Positions 28,501 through 43,996 of a stretch of DNA of 64,000 nucleotides are shown here, piece by piece. Numbering within the stretch: position 1 is the stretch's first letter; each line of letters opens with the position of its first letter. The notes under the pieces were generated by a model, which was not told where the DNA came from, made no database searches, and saw only the letters and a list, made by a program, of their open reading frames with translations. Origin of the DNA: Auanema rhodensis. Its lineage: Eukaryota > Animalia > Nematoda. The position numbers and the translations under genes are program-made. The stretch is from contig OZ059895.1 of the NCBI GenBank assembly GCA_964057225.1, forward strand, positions 3,534,001-3,598,000, written 5' to 3'.

Positions 28501-31500
28501 CACAGGTTACCCTTAAATAATGAACTGACCGACTAATCAGACATGGATCTTTCCTAGTTCTGTTGCTTGAATGGATGTTTTCCTACGTAGGCTAGTAAAA
28601 CATGCCCTTCAAAACATCAGAACATGTGATCACATTCCAATTTTTTTGTATCTGTTTTGTAAAGATAGTAATAAACTTTGATTTTTGTACACCCATAAAT
28701 TATACGCAGCACAGGTTACCCTTAAATAATGAACTGACCGACTAATCAGACATGGATCTTTCCTAGTTCTGTTGCTTGAATGGATGTTTTCCTACGTAGG
28801 CTAGTAAAACATGCCCTTCAAAGCATCAGAACATGTGATCACATTCCAATTTTTTTGTATCTATCTTGTAAAGATAGTAATATATCATATGTTGAACACT
28901 ATGTTGGAAAGATTTTAATTCAGATTTTTTCAACTTTCACTCAGTTTGTTTTCTAAACTTTGATTAAGAACCTTGAGTTTTGTACACCCATAAATTATAC
29001 GCAGCACAGGTTACCCTTAAATAATGAACTGACCGACTAATCAGACATGGATCTTCCCAAGTTCTGTTGCTTGAATGGATGTTTTCCTACGTAGGCTAGT
29101 AAAACATGCCCTTCAAAGCATCAGAACATGTGATCACATTCCAATTTTTTTGTATCTATCTTGTAAAGATAGTAATAAACTTTGATTTTTGTACACCCAT
29201 AAATTATACGCAGCACAGGTTACCCTTAAATAATGAACTGACCGACTAATCAGACATGGATCTTTCCAAGTTCTGTTGCTTGAACGGATGTTTTCCTACG
29301 TAGGCTAGTAAAACATGCCCTTCAAAGCATCAGAACATGTGACCACATTCCAATTTTTTTGTATCTATCTTGTAAAGATAGTAATATATCATATGTTGAA
29401 CACTATGTTGGAAAGATTTTAATTCAGATTTTTTCAACTTTCACTCAGTTTGTTTTCTAAACTTTGATTAAGAACCTTGTTGTTTGTACACCCATAAAAT
29501 ATACGCAGCACAGGTTACCCTTAAATAATGAACTGACCGTCTAATCAGACATGGATCTTCCCAAGTTCTGTTGCTTGAATGGATGTTTTCCTACGTAGGC
29601 TAGTAAAACATGCCCTTCAAAGCATCAGAACATGTGATCACATTCCAATTTTTTTGTATCTATCTTGTAAAGATAGTAATATATCATATGTTGAACACTA
29701 TGTTGGAAAGATTTTAATTCAGATTTTCTAACTTTTATTCAGTTTGTTTTTTAAACTTTGATTAAGAACTTTGATATTTGTACACCCATAAATTATACGC
29801 AGCACAGGTTACCCTTAAATAATGAACTGACCGACTAATCAGACATGGATCTTTCCTAGTTCTGTTGCTTGAATGGATGTTTTCCTACGTAGGCTAGTAA
29901 AACATGCCCTTCAAAGCATCAGAACATGTGATCACATTCCAATTTTTTTGTATCTATTTTGTAAAGATAGTAATATATCATATGTTGAACACTATGTTGG
30001 AAAGATTTTAATTCAGATTTTCTAACTTTTATTCAGTTTGTTTTTTAAACTTTGATTAAGAACTTTGATTTTTGTACACCCATAAATTATACGCAGCACA
30101 GGTTACCCTTAAATAATGAACTGACCGACTAATCAGACATGGATCTTTCCTAGTTCTGTTGCTTGAATGGATGTTTTCCTACGTAGGCTAGTAAAACATG
30201 CCCTTCAAAACATCAGAACATGTGATCACATTCCAATTTTTTTGTATCTGTTTTGTAAAGATAGTAATAAACTTTGATTTTTGTACACCCATAAATTATA
30301 CGCAGCACAGGTTACCCTTAAATAATGAACTGACCGACTAATCAGACATGGATCTTTCCTAGTTCTGTTGCTTGAATGGATGTTTTCCTACGTAGGCTAG
30401 TAAAACATGCCCTTCAAAGCATCAGAACATGTGATCACATTCCAATTTTTTTGTATCTATCTTGTAAAGATAGTAATATATCATATGTTGAACACTATGT
30501 TGGAAAGATTTTAATTCAGATTTTTTCAACTTTCACTCAGTTTGTTTTCTAAACTTTGATTAAGAACCTTGAGTTTTGTACACCCATAAATTATACGCAG
30601 CACAGGTTACCCTTAAATAATGAACTGACCGACTAATCAGACATGGATCTTCCCAAGTTCTGTTGCTTGAATGGATGTTTTCCTACGTAGGCTAGTAAAA
30701 CATGCCCTTCAAAACATCAGAACATGTGATCACATTCCAATTTTTTTGTATCTGTTTTGTAAAGATAGTAATAAACTTTGATTTTTGTACACCCATAAAT
30801 TATACGCAGCACAGGTTACCCTTAAATAATGAACTGACCGACTAATCAGACATGGATCTTTCCAAGTTCTGTTGCTTGAACGGATGTTTTCCTACGTAGG
30901 CTAGTAAAACATGCCCTTCAAAGCATCAGAACATGTGACCACATTCCAATTTTTTTGTATCTATCTTGTAAAGATAGTAATATATCATATGTTGAACACT
31001 ATGTTGGAAAGATTTTAATTCAGATTTTTTCAACTTTCACTCAGTTTGTTTTCTAAACTTTGATTAAGAACCTTGTTGTTTGTACACCCATAAAATATAC
31101 GCAGCACAGGTTACCCTTAAATAATGAACTGACCGTCTAATCAGACATGGATCTTCCCAAGTTCTGTTGCTTGAATGGATGTTTTCCTACGTAGGCTAGT
31201 AAAACATGCCCTTCAAAGCATCAGAACATGTGATCACATTCCAATTTTTTTGTATCTATCTTGTAAAGATAGTAATATATCATATGTTGAACACTATGTT
31301 GGAAAGATTTTAATTCAGATTTTCTAACTTTTATTCAGTTTGTTTTTTAAACTTTGATTAAGAACTTTGATATTTGTACACCCATAAATTATACGCAGCA
31401 CAGGTTACCCTTAAATAATGAACTGACCGACTAATCAGACATGGATCTTTCCTAGTTCTGTTGCTTGAATGGATGTTTTCCTACGTAGGCTAGTAAAACA

Positions 31501-34500
31501 TGCCCTTCAAAGCATCAGAACATGTGATCACATTCCAATTTTTTTGTATCTATTTTGTAAAGATAGTAATATATCATATGTTGAACACTATGTTGGAAAG
31601 ATTTTAATTCAGATTTTCTAACTTTTATTCAGTTTGTTTTTTAAACTTTGATTAAGAACTTTGATTTTTGTACACCCATAAATTATACGCAGCACAGGTT
31701 ACCCTTAAATAATGAACTGACCGACTAATCAGACATGGATCTTTCCTAGTTCTGTTGCTTGAATGGATGTTTTCCTACGTAGGCTAGTAAAACATGCCCT
31801 TCAAAACATCAGAACATGTGATCACATTCCAATTTTTTTGTATCTGTTTTGTAAAGATAGTAATATATCATATGTTGAACACTATGTTGGAAAGATTTTA
31901 ATTCAGATTTTCTAACTTTTATTCAGTTTGTTTTTTAAACTTTGATTAAGAACTTTGATTTTTGTACACCCATAAATTATACGCAGCACAGGTTACCCTT
32001 AAATAATGAACTGACCGACTAATCAGACATGGATCTTTCCTAGTTCTGTTGCTTGAATGGATGTTTTCCTACGTAGGCTAGTAAAACATGCCCTTCAAAA
32101 CATCAGAACATGTGATCACATTCCAATTTTTTTGTATCTGTTTTGTAAAGATAGTAATAAACTTTGATTTTTGTACACCCATAAATTATACGCAGCACAG
32201 GTTACCCTTAAATAATGAACTGACCGACTAATCAGACATGGATCTTTCCTAGTTCTGTTGCTTGAATGGATGTTTTCCTACGTAGGCTAGTAAAACATGC
32301 CCTTCAAAGCATCAGAACATGTGATCACATTCCAATTTTTTTGTATCTATCTTGTAAAGATAGTAATATATCATATGTTGAACACTATGTTGGAAAGATT
32401 TTAATTCAGATTTTTTCAACTTTCACTCAGTTTGTTTTCTAAACTTTGATTAAGAACCTTGAGTTTTGTACACCCATAAATTATACGCAGCACAGGTTAC
32501 CCTTAAATAATGAACTGACCGACTAATCAGACATGGATCTTCCCAAGTTCTGTTGCTTGAATGGATGTTTTCCTACGTAGGCTAGTAAAACATGCCCTTC
32601 AAAACATCAGAACATGTGATCACATTCCAATTTTTTTGTATCTGTTTTGTAAAGATAGTAATAAACTTTGATTTTTGTACACCCATAAATTATACGCAGC
32701 ACAGGTTACCCTTAAATAATGAACTGACCGACTAATCAGACATGGATCTTTCCAAGTTCTGTTGCTTGAACGGATGTTTTCCTACGTAGGCTAGTAAAAC
32801 ATGCCCTTCAAAGCATCAGAACATGTGACCACATTCCAATTTTTTTGTATCTATCTTGTAAAGATAGTAATATATCATATGTTGAACACTATGTTGGAAA
32901 GATTTTAATTCAGATTTTTTCAACTTTCACTCAGTTTGTTTTCTAAACTTTGATTAAGAACCTTGAGTTTTGTACACCCATAAATTATACGCAGCACAGG
33001 TTACCCTTAAATAATGAACTGACCGTCTAATCAGACATGGATCTTCCCAAGTTCTGTTGCTTGAATGGATGTTTTCCTACGTAGGCTAGTAAAACATGCC
33101 CTTCAAAGCATCAGAACATGTGATCACATTCCAATTTTTTTGTATCTATCTTGTAAAGATAGTAATATATCATATGTTGAACACTATGTTGGAAAGATTT
33201 TAATTCAGATTTTCTAACTTTTATTCAGTTTGTTTTTTAAACTTTGATTAAGAACTTTGATATTTGTACACCCATAAATTATACGCAGCACAGGTTACCC
33301 TTAAATAATGAACTGACCGACTAATCAGACATGGATCTTTCCTAGTTCTGTTGCTTGAATGGATGTTTTCCTACGTAGGCTAGTAAAACATGCCCTTCAA
33401 AGCATCAGAACATGTGATCACATTCCAATTTTTTTGTATCTATTTTGTAAAGATAGTAATATATCATATGTTGAACACTATGTTGGAAAGATTTTAATTC
33501 AGATTTTCTAACTTTTATTCAGTTTGTTTTTTAAACTTTGATTAAGAACTTTGATTTTTGTACACCCATAAATTATACGCAGCACAGGTTACCCTTAAAT
33601 AATGAACTGACCGACTAATCAGACATGGATCTTTCCTAGTTCTGTTGCTTGAATGGATGTTTTCCTACGTAGGCTAGTAAAACATGCCCTTCAAAACATC
33701 AGAACATGTGATCACATTCCAATTTTTTTGTATCTGTTTTGTAAAGATAGTAATAAACTTTGATTTTTGTACACCCATAAATTATACGCAGCACAGGTTA
33801 CCCTTAAATAATGAACTGACCGACTAATCAGACATGGATCTTTCCTAGTTCTGTTGCTTGAATGGATGTTTTCCTACGTAGGCTAGTAAAACATGCCCTT
33901 CAAAACATCAGAACATGTGATCACATTCCAATTTTTTTGTATCTGTTTTGTAAAGATAGTAATAAACTTTGATTTTTGTACACCCATAAATTATACGCAG
34001 CACAGGTTACCCTTAAATAATGAACTGACCGACTAATCAGACATGGATCTTTCCTAGTTCTGTTGCTTGAATGGATGTTTTCCTACGTAGGCTAGTAAAA
34101 CATGCCCTTCAAAGCATCAGAACATGTGATCACATTCCAATTTTTTTGTATCTATCTTGTAAAGATAGTAATATATCATATGTTGAACACTATGTTGGAA
34201 AGATTTTAATTCAGATTTTTTCAACTTTCACTCAGTTTGTTTTCTAAACTTTGATTAAGAACCTTGAGTTTTGTACACCCATAAATTATACGCAGCACAG
34301 GTTACCCTTAAATAATGAACTGACCGACTAATCAGACATGGATCTTCCCAAGTTCTGTTGCTTGAATGGATGTTTTCCTACGTAGGCTAGTAAAACATGC
34401 CCTTCAAAGCATCAGAACATGTGATCACATTCCAATTTTTTTGTATCTATCTTGTAAAGATAGTAATAAACTTTGATTTTTGTACACCCATAAATTATAC

Positions 34501-37500
34501 GCAGCACAGGTTACCCTTAAATAATGAACTGACCGACTAATCAGACATGGATCTTTCCAAGTTCTGTTGCTTGAACGGATGTTTTCCTACGTAGGCTAGT
34601 AAAACATGCCCTTCAAAGCATCAGAACATGTGACCACATTCCAATTTTTTTGTATCTATCTTGTAAAGATAGTAATATATCATATGTTGAACACTATGTT
34701 GGAAAGATTTTAATTCAGATTTTTTCAACTTTCACTCAGTTTGTTTTCTAAACTTTGATTAAGAACCTTGTTGTTTGTACACCCATAAAATATACGCAGC
34801 ACAGGTTACCCTTAAATAATGAACTGACCGTCTAATCAGACATGGATCTTCCCAAGTTCTGTTGCTTGAATGGATGTTTTCCTACGTAGGCTAGTAAAAC
34901 ATGCCCTTCAAAGCATCAGAACATGTGATCACATTCCAATTTTTTTGTATCTATCTTGTAAAGATAGTAATATATCATATGTTGAACACTATGTTGGAAA
35001 GATTTTAATTCAGATTTTCTAACTTTTATTCAGTTTGTTTTTTAAACTTTGATTAAGAACTTTGATATTTGTACACCCATAAATTATACGCAGCACAGGT
35101 TACCCTTAAATAATGAACTGACCGACTAATCAGACATGGATCTTTCCTAGTTCTGTTGCTTGAATGGATGTTTTCCTACGTAGGCTAGTAAAACATGCCC
35201 TTCAAAGCATCAGAACATGTTATCACATTCCAATTTTTTTGTATCTATCTTGTAAAGATAGTAATAAACTTTGATTTTTGTACACCCATAAATTATACGC
35301 AGCACAGGTTACCCTTAAATAATGAACTGACCGACTAATCAGACATGGATCTTTCCAAGTTCTGTTGCTTGAACGGATGTTTTCCTACGTAGGCTAGTAA
35401 AACATGCCCTTCAAAGCATCAGAACATGTGACCACATTCCAATTTTTTTGTATCTATCTTGTAAAGATAGTAATATATCATATGTTGAACACTATGTTGG
35501 AAAGATTTTAATTCAGATTTTTTCAACTTTCACTCAGTTTGTTTTCTAAACTTTGATTAAGAACCTTGTTGTTTGTACACCCATAAAATATACGCAGCAC
35601 AGGTTACCCTTAAATAATGAACTGACCGTCTAATCAGACATGGATCTTCCCAAGTTCTGTTGCTTGAATGGATGTTTTCCTACGTAGGCTAGTAAAACAT
35701 GCCCTTCAAAGCATCAGAACATGTGATCACATTCCAATTTTTTTGTATCTATCTTGTAAAGATAGTAATAAACTTTGATTTTTGTACACCCATAAATTAT
35801 ACGCAGCACAGGTTACCCTTAAATAATGAACTGACCGACTAATCAGACATGGATCTTCCCAAGTTCTGTTGCTTGAATGGATGTTTTCCTACGTAGGCTA
35901 GTAAAACATGCCCTTCAAAGCATCAGAACATGTGATCACATTCCAATTTTTTTGTATCTATTTTGTAAAGATAGTAAAATATCATATGTTGAACACTATG
36001 TTGGAAAGATTTTAATTCAGATTTTCTAACTTTTATTCAGTTTGTTTTTTAAACTTTGATTAAGAACTTTGATTTTTGTACACCCATAAATTATACGCAG
36101 CACAGGTTACCCTTAAATAATGAACTGACCGACTAATCAGACATGGATCTTTCCTAGTTCTGTTGCTTGAATGGATGTTTTCCTACGTAGGCTAGTAAAA
36201 CATGCCCTTCAAAACATCAGAACATGTGATCACATTCCAATTTTTTTGTATCTATTTTGTAAAGATAGTAATAAACTTTGATTTTTGTACACCCATAAAT
36301 TATACGCAGCACAGGTTACCCTTAAATAATGAACTGACCGACTAATCAGACATGGATCTTTCCTAGTTCTGTTGCTTGAATGGATGTTTTCCTACGTAGG
36401 CTAGTAAAACATGCCCTTCAAAGCATCAGAACATGTGACCACATTCCAATTTTTTTGTATCTGTTTTGTGAAGATAGTAAAATATCATATGTTGAACACT
36501 ATGTTGGAAAGATTTTAATTCAGATTTTCTAACTTTTATTCAGTTTGTTTTTTAAACTTTGATTAAGAACTTTGATTTTTGTACACCCATAAATTATACG
36601 CAGCACAGGTTACCCTTAAATAATGAACTGACCGACTAATCAGACATGGATCTTTTCTAGTTCTGTTGCTTGAATGGATGTTTTCCTACGTAGGCTAGTA
36701 AAACATGCCCTTCAAAACATCAGAACATGTGATCACATTCCAATTTTTTTGTATCTATTTTGTAAAGATAGTAATAAACTTTGATTTTTGTACACCCATA
36801 AATTATACGCAGCACAGGTTACCCTTAAATAATGAACTGACCGACTAATCAGACATGGATCTTTCCTAGTTCTGTTGCTTGAATGGATGTTTTCCTACGT
36901 AGGCTAGTAAAACATGCCCTTCAAAGCATCAGAACATGTGATCACATTCCAATTTTTTTGTATCTATCTTGTAAAGATAGTAATATATCATATGTTGAAC
37001 ACTATGTTGGAAAGATTTTAATTCAGATTTTCGAACTTTTATTCAGTTTGTTTTTCAAACTTTGATTAAGAACTTTGATTTTTGTACACCCATAAATTAT
37101 ACGCAGCACAGGTTACCCTTAATTAATGAACTGACCGACTAATCAGACATGGATCTTTCCAAGTTCTGTTGCTTGAATGGATGTTTTCCTACGTAGGCTA
37201 GTAAAACATGCCCTTCAAAGCATCAGAACATGTGATCACATTCCAATATTTTTGTATCTATCTTGTAAAGATAGTAATATATCATATGTTGAACACTATG
37301 TTGGAAAGATTTTAATTCAGATTTTTTCAACTTTCACTCAGTTTGTTTTCTAAACTTTGATTAAGAACCTTGAGTTTTGTACACCCATAAATTATACGCA
37401 GCACAGGTTACCCTTAAATAATGAACTGACCGACTAATCAGACATGGATCTTTCCTAGTTCTGTTGCTTGAATGGATGTTTTCCTACGTAGGCTAGTAAA

Positions 37501-40500
37501 ACATGCCCTTCAAAGTATCAGAACATGTGATCACATTCCAATTTTTTTGTATCTATCTTGTAAAGATAGTAATATATCATATGTTGAACACTATGTTGGA
37601 AAAATTTTAATTCAGATTTTCGAACTTTTATTCAGTTTGTTTTTCAAACTTTGATTAAGAACTTTGATTTTCGTACTCCCATAAATTATACGCAGCACAG
37701 GTTACCCTTAATTAATGAACTGACCGACTAATCAGACATGGATCTTTCCAAGTTCTGTTGCTTGAACGGATGTTTTCCTACGTAGGCTAGTAAAACATGC
37801 CCTTCAAAGCATCAGAACATGTGACCACATTCCAATTTTTTTGTATCTATTTTGTAAAGATAGTAATAAACTTTGATTTTTGTACACCCATAAATTATAC
37901 GCAGCACAGGTTACCCTTAAATAATGAACTGACCGACTAATCAGACATGGATCTTTCCAAGTTCTGTTGCTTGAACGGATGTTTTCCTACGTAGGCTAGT
38001 AAAACATGCCCTTCAAAGCATCAGAACATGTGACCACATTCCAATTTTTTTGTATCTATCTTGTAAAGATAGTAATATATCATATGTTGAACACTATGTT
38101 GGAAAGATTTTAATTCAGATTTTTTCAACTTTCACTCAGTTTGTTTTCTAAACTTTGATTAAGAACCTTGTTGTTTGTACACCCATAAAATATACGCAGC
38201 ACAGGTTACCCTTAAATAATGAACTGACCGTCTAATCAGACATGGATCTTCCCAAGTTCTGTTGCTTGAATGGATGTTTTCCTACGTAGGCTAGTAAAAC
38301 ATGCCCTTCAAAGCATCAGAACATGTGATCACATTCCAATTTTTTTGTATCTATCTTGTAAAGATAGTAATAAACTTTGATTTTTGTACACCCATAAATT
38401 ATACGCAGCACAGGTTACCCTTAAATAATGAACTGACCGACTAATCAGACATGGATCTTCCCAAGTTCTGTTGCTTGAATGGATGTTTTCCTACGTAGGC
38501 TAGTAAAACATGCCCTTCAAAGCATCAGAACATGTGATCACATTCCAATTTTTTTGTATCTATTTTGTAAAGATAGTAAAATATCATATGTTGAACACTA
38601 TGTTGGAAAGATTTTAATTCAGATTTTCTAACTTTTATTCAGTTTGTTTTTTAAACTTTGATTAAGAACTTTGATTTTTGTACACCCATAAATTATACGC
38701 AGCACAGGTTACCCTTAAATAATGAACTGACCGACTAATCAGACATGGATCTTTCCTAGTTCTGTTGCTTGAATGGATGTTTTCCTACGTAGGCTAGTAA
38801 AACATGCCCTTCAAAACATCAGAACATGTGATCACATTCCAATTTTTTTGTATCTATTTTGTAAAGATAGTAATAAACTTTGATTTTTGTACACCCATAA
38901 ATTATACGCAGCACAGGTTACCCTTAAATAATGAACTGACCGACTAATCAGACATGGATCTTTCCTAGTTCTGTTGCTTGAATGGATGTTTTCCTACGTA
39001 GGCTAGTAAAACATGCCCTTCAAAGCATCAGAACATGTGACCACATTCCAATTTTTTTGTATCTGTTTTGTGAAGATAGTAAAATATCATATGTTGAACA
39101 CTATGTTGGAAAGATTTTAATTCAGATTTTCTAACTTTTATTCAGTTTGTTTTTTAAACTTTGATTAAGAACTTTGATTTTTGTACACCCATAAATTATA
39201 CGCAGCACAGGTTACCCTTAAATAATGAACTGACCGACTAATCAGACATGGATCTTTTCTAGTTCTGTTGCTTGAATGGATGTTTTCCTACGTAGGCTAG
39301 TAAAACATGCCCTTCAAAACATCAGAACATGTGATCACATTCCAATTTTTTTGTATCTATTTTGTAAAGATAGTAATAAACTTTGATTTTTGTACACCCA
39401 TAAATTATACGCAGCACAGGTTACCCTTAAATAATGAACTGACCGACTAATCAGACATGGATCTTTCCTAGTTCTGTTGCTTGAATGGATGTTTTCCTAC
39501 GTAGGCTAGTAAAACATGCCCTTCAAAGCATCAGAACATGTGATCACATTCCAATTTTTTTGTATCTATCTTGTAAAGATAGTAATATATCATATGTTGA
39601 ACACTATGTTGGAAAGATTTTAATTCAGATTTTCGAACTTTTATTCAGTTTGTTTTTCAAACTTTGATTAAGAACTTTGATTTTTGTACACCCATAAATT
39701 ATACGCAGCACAGGTTACCCTTAATTAATGAACTGACCGACTAATCAGACATGGATCTTTCCAAGTTCTGTTGCTTGAATGGATGTTTTCCTACGTAGGC
39801 TAGTAAAACATGCCCTTCAAAGCATCAGAACATGTGATCACATTCCAATATTTTTGTATCTATCTTGTAAAGATAGTAATATATCATATGTTGAACACTA
39901 TGTTGGAAAGATTTTAATTCAGATTTTTTCAACTTTCACTCAGTTTGTTTTCTAAACTTTGATTAAGAACCTTGAGTTTTGTACACCCATAAATTATACG
40001 CAGCACAGGTTACCCTTAAATAATGAACTGACCGACTAATCAGACATGGATCTTTCCTAGTTCTGTTGCTTGAATGGATGTTTTCCTACGTAGGCTAGTA
40101 AAACATGCCCTTCAAAGTATCAGAACATGTGATCACATTCCAATTTTTTTGTATCTATCTTGTAAAGATAGTAATATATCATATGTTGAACACTATGTTG
40201 GAAAAATTTTAATTCAGATTTTCGAACTTTTATTCAGTTTGTTTTTCAAACTTTGATTAAGAACTTTGATTTTCGTACTCCCATAAATTATACGCAGCAC
40301 AGGTTACCCTTAATTAATGAACTGACCGACTAATCAGACATGGATCTTTCCAAGTTCTGTTGCTTGAACGGATGTTTTCCTACGTAGGCTAGTAAAACAT
40401 GCCCTTCAAAGCATCAGAACATGTGACCACATTCCAATTTTTTTGTATCTATCTTGTAAAGATAGTAATATATCATATGTTGAACACTATGTTGGAAAGA

Positions 40501-43104
40501 TTTTAATTCAGATTTTTTCAACTTTCACTCAGTTTGTTTTCTAAACTTTGATTAAGAACCTTGTTGTTTGTACACCCATAAAATATACGCAGCACAGGTT
40601 ACCCTTAAATAATGAACTGACCGTCTAATCAGACATGGATCTTCCCAAGTTCTGTTGCTTGAATGGATGTTTTCCTACGTAGGCTAGTAAAACATGCCCT
40701 TCAAAGCATCAGAACATGTGATCACATTCCAATTTTTTTGTATCTATCTTGTAAAGATAGTAATAAACTTTGATTTTTGTACACCCATAAATTATACGCA
40801 GCACAGGTTACCCTTAAATAATGAACTGACCGACTAATCAGACATGGATCTTCCCAAGTTCTGTTGCTTGAATGGATGTTTTCCTACGTAGGCTAGTAAA
40901 ACATGCCCTTCAAAGCATCAGAACATGTGATCACATTCCAATTTTTTTGTATCTATTTTGTAAAGATAGTAAAATATCATATGTTGAACACTATGTTGGA
41001 AAGATTTTAATTCAGATTTTCTAACTTTTATTCAGTTTGTTTTTTAAACTTTGATTAAGAACTTTGATTTTTGTACACCCATAAATTATACGCAGCACAG
41101 GTTACCCTTAAATAATGAACTGACCGACTAATCAGACATGGATCTTTCCTAGTTCTGTTGCTTGAATGGATGTTTTTCTACGTAGGCTAGTAAAACATGC
41201 CCTTCAAAACATCAGAACATGTGATCACATTCCAATTTTTTTGTATCTATTTTGTAAAGATAGTAATAAACTTTGATTTTTGTACACCCATAAATTATAC
41301 GCAGCACAGGTTACCCTTAAATAATGAACTGACCGACTAATCAGACATGGATCTTTCCTAGTTCTGTTGCTTGAATGGATGTTTTCCTACGTAGGCTAGT
41401 AAAACATGCCCTTCAAAGCATCAGAACATGTGACCACATTCCAATTTTTTTGTATCTGTTTTGTGAAGATAGTAAAATATCATATGTTGAACACTATGTT
41501 GGAAAGATTTTAATTCAGATTTTCTAACTTTTATTCAGTTTGTTTTTTAAACTTTGATTAAGAACTTTGATTTTTGTACACCCATAAATTATACGCAGCA
41601 CAGGTTACCCTTAAATAATGAACTGACCGACTAATCAGACATGGATCTTTTCTAGTTCTGTTGCTTGAATGGATGTTTTCCTACGTAGGCTAGTAAAACA
41701 TGCCCTTCAAAACATCAGAACATGTGATCACATTCCAATTTTTTTGTATCTATTTTGTAAAGATAGTAATAAACTTTGATTTTTGTACACCCATAAATTA
41801 TACGCAGCACAGGTTACCCTTAAATAATGAACTGACCGACTAATCAGACATGGATCTTTCCTAGTTCTGTTGCTTGAATGGATGTTTTCCTACGTAGGCT
41901 AGTAAAACATGCCCTTCAAAGCATCAGAACATGTGATCACATTCCAATTTTTTTGTATCTATCTTGTAAAGATAGTAATATATCATATGTTGAACACTAT
42001 GTTGGAAAGATTTTAATTCAGATTTTCGAACTTTTATTCAGTTTGTTTTTCAAACTTTGATTAAGAACTTTGATTTTTGTACACCCATAAATTATACGCA
42101 GCACAGGTTACCCTTAATTAATGAACTGACCGACTAATCAGACATGGATCTTTCCAAGTTCTGTTGCTTGAATGGATGTTTTCCTACGTAGGCTAGTAAA
42201 ACATGCCCTTCAAAGCATCAGAACATGTGATCACATTCCAATATTTTTGTATCTATCTTGTAAAGATAGTAATATATCATATGTTGAACACTATGTTGGA
42301 AAGATTTTAATTCAGATTTTTTCAACTTTCACTCAGTTTGTTTTCTAAACTTTGATTAAGAACCTTGAGTTTTGTACACCCATAAATTATACGCAGCACA
42401 GGTTACCCTTAAATAATGAACTGACCGACTAATCAGACATGGATCTTTCCTAGTTCTGTTGCTTGAATGGATGTTTTCCTACGTAGGCTAGTAAAACATG
42501 CCCTTCAAAGTATCAGAACATGTGATCACATTCCAATTTTTTTGTATCTATCTTGTAAAGATAGTAATATATCATATGTTGAACACTATGTTGGAAAAAT
42601 TTTAATTCAGATTTTCGAACTTTTATTCAGTTTGTTTTTCAAACTTTGATTAAGAACTTTGATTTTCGTACTCCCATAAATTATACGCAGCACAGGTTAC
42701 CCTTAATTAATGAACTGACCGACTAATCAGACATGGATCTTTCCAAGTTCTGTTGCTTGAACGGATGTTTTCCTACGTAGGCTAGTAAAACATGCCCTTC
42801 AAAGCATCAGAACATGTGACCACATTCCAATTTTTTTGTATCTATCTTGTAAAGATAGTAATAAACTTTGATTTTTGTACACCCATAAATTATACGCAGC
42901 ACAGGTTACCCTTAAATAATGATTTGACCGACTAATCAGACATGGATCTTTCCAAGTTCTGTTGCTTGAATGGATGTTTTCCTACGTAGGCTAGTAAAAC
43001 ATGCCCTTCAAAGCATCAGAACATGTGATCACATTACAATTTTTTTGTATCTATCTTGTAAAGATAGTAATATATCATATGTTGAACACTATGTTGGAAA
43101 GATT
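7539..43104 (-). repeat. Satellite DNA array (reverse orientation), 294/295/209-bp monomers in higher-order repeats
   Basis: Reverse complement of the left-arm monomer. Spacings 36883->37472 = 294+295 and 42467->42970 = 294+209. Confidence 0.99.
43101..43104 (+). other. Target-site duplication GATT, left copy
   Basis: Satellite GGAAA-GATT-TTAATTCAG is split as GGAAAGATT|element|GATTTTAATTCAG. Confidence 0.95.
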
Positions 43105-43439
43105 CGTTCCGTTATGCTCTCGCACTATCCTATAGACCAATGTAGTCTATAAGATGTGCGATACAGTGTTCCAGATGTAGCGGTATTAATAGAGCATAAT
43201 GGATAACATAAGACTCATGAAAAGAAAGGTTTATTCTACATAATGATTACAATAAGTTACGATAAGAATTAAAGAGATATAAACTATAGGTGAGCTCTGA
43301 GGAGATGACAAGCCATCCTTAGTCATTCCATGAGACAGAACTAAAGTCTGAGTTCCATATAAAGGGCGTGTCAGCTCCTCTCGTCTCTTGTCGTCTAGCT
43401 CTAACCCGCCTGCTACGTATTGATCATCCGAATGGAACG
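43105..43439 (-). repeat. 3' LTR (335 bp)
   Basis: Matches 54270-54604 with no difference found by eye; ends CGTTCC...GGAACG. Confidence 0.97.
43230..43235 (-). terminator. Candidate polyadenylation signal AATAAA in the 3' LTR
   Basis: TTTATT on the + strand, followed on the minus strand by a T-rich tract. Confidence 0.5.
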
Positions 43440-43475
43440 TGCCATTTTTTCGAGTTTATGTCGCGTCCTCGCGAC
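43440..43475 (-). promoter_or_regulatory. Plus-strand priming region: atypical short purine tract (GAAAAAATGGCA) preceded by a GTCGCG-AGGA-CGCGAC hairpin
   Basis: Lies immediately upstream of the 3' LTR on the element strand; perfect 6-bp stem at 43460-43475. Confidence 0.55.
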
Positions 43476-43996
43476 TATCAAAATGTGTGGCTTGTTTCAA
43501 TCGTAGCAAGAGGTTTAGAGGTTTTACATGTTAAAATACATTGTTGTTGTTCAAATAATACAAAATTATACAATATTAACCTCAACAATATTGTCTAAAA
43601 AGGATTTAATAAGTTTTAAATAAAATAATACATGAGTATAAAGCAAAAACACAATCTTTTAAGAATACTAGAGCTATATTTTGTCAGCGAAAGTGCATGA
43701 AAGTAGCTTTTTGGGCACGACGCTGTATGTCTAACCAATATAGAGCAGAGTAGGGAGAGCTAAGTTATACTCTCAATGAAGCTAGGCTGTTTCTTCAGTT
43801 TTGAAAGAAAACATTATTTGTTTGGAATTATTAAAACAATCCCGTATAATTTCCAGAAATGAATCATTAATTACTTGATGATGACTGTTGCTCAGCTTTG
43901 ATTGCAATATAATGTCTCTCATCTTTCATTTCTTCGGGTTTTTAGGGGAAATTATTTGAGATTGGAGTAACTTTTATGATAATTTGTAGCTATTAT

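Noticed and set aside
1-43104. CRISPR array or telomeric repeat
   Set aside because: No unique spacers, no cas genes and no short G-rich telomere unit; this is a long-monomer satellite.
42970-43598. ORFs 42970-43152 and 43368-43598 (and 54117-54305)
   Set aside because: Chance frames crossing satellite/LTR or LTR/UTR boundaries.
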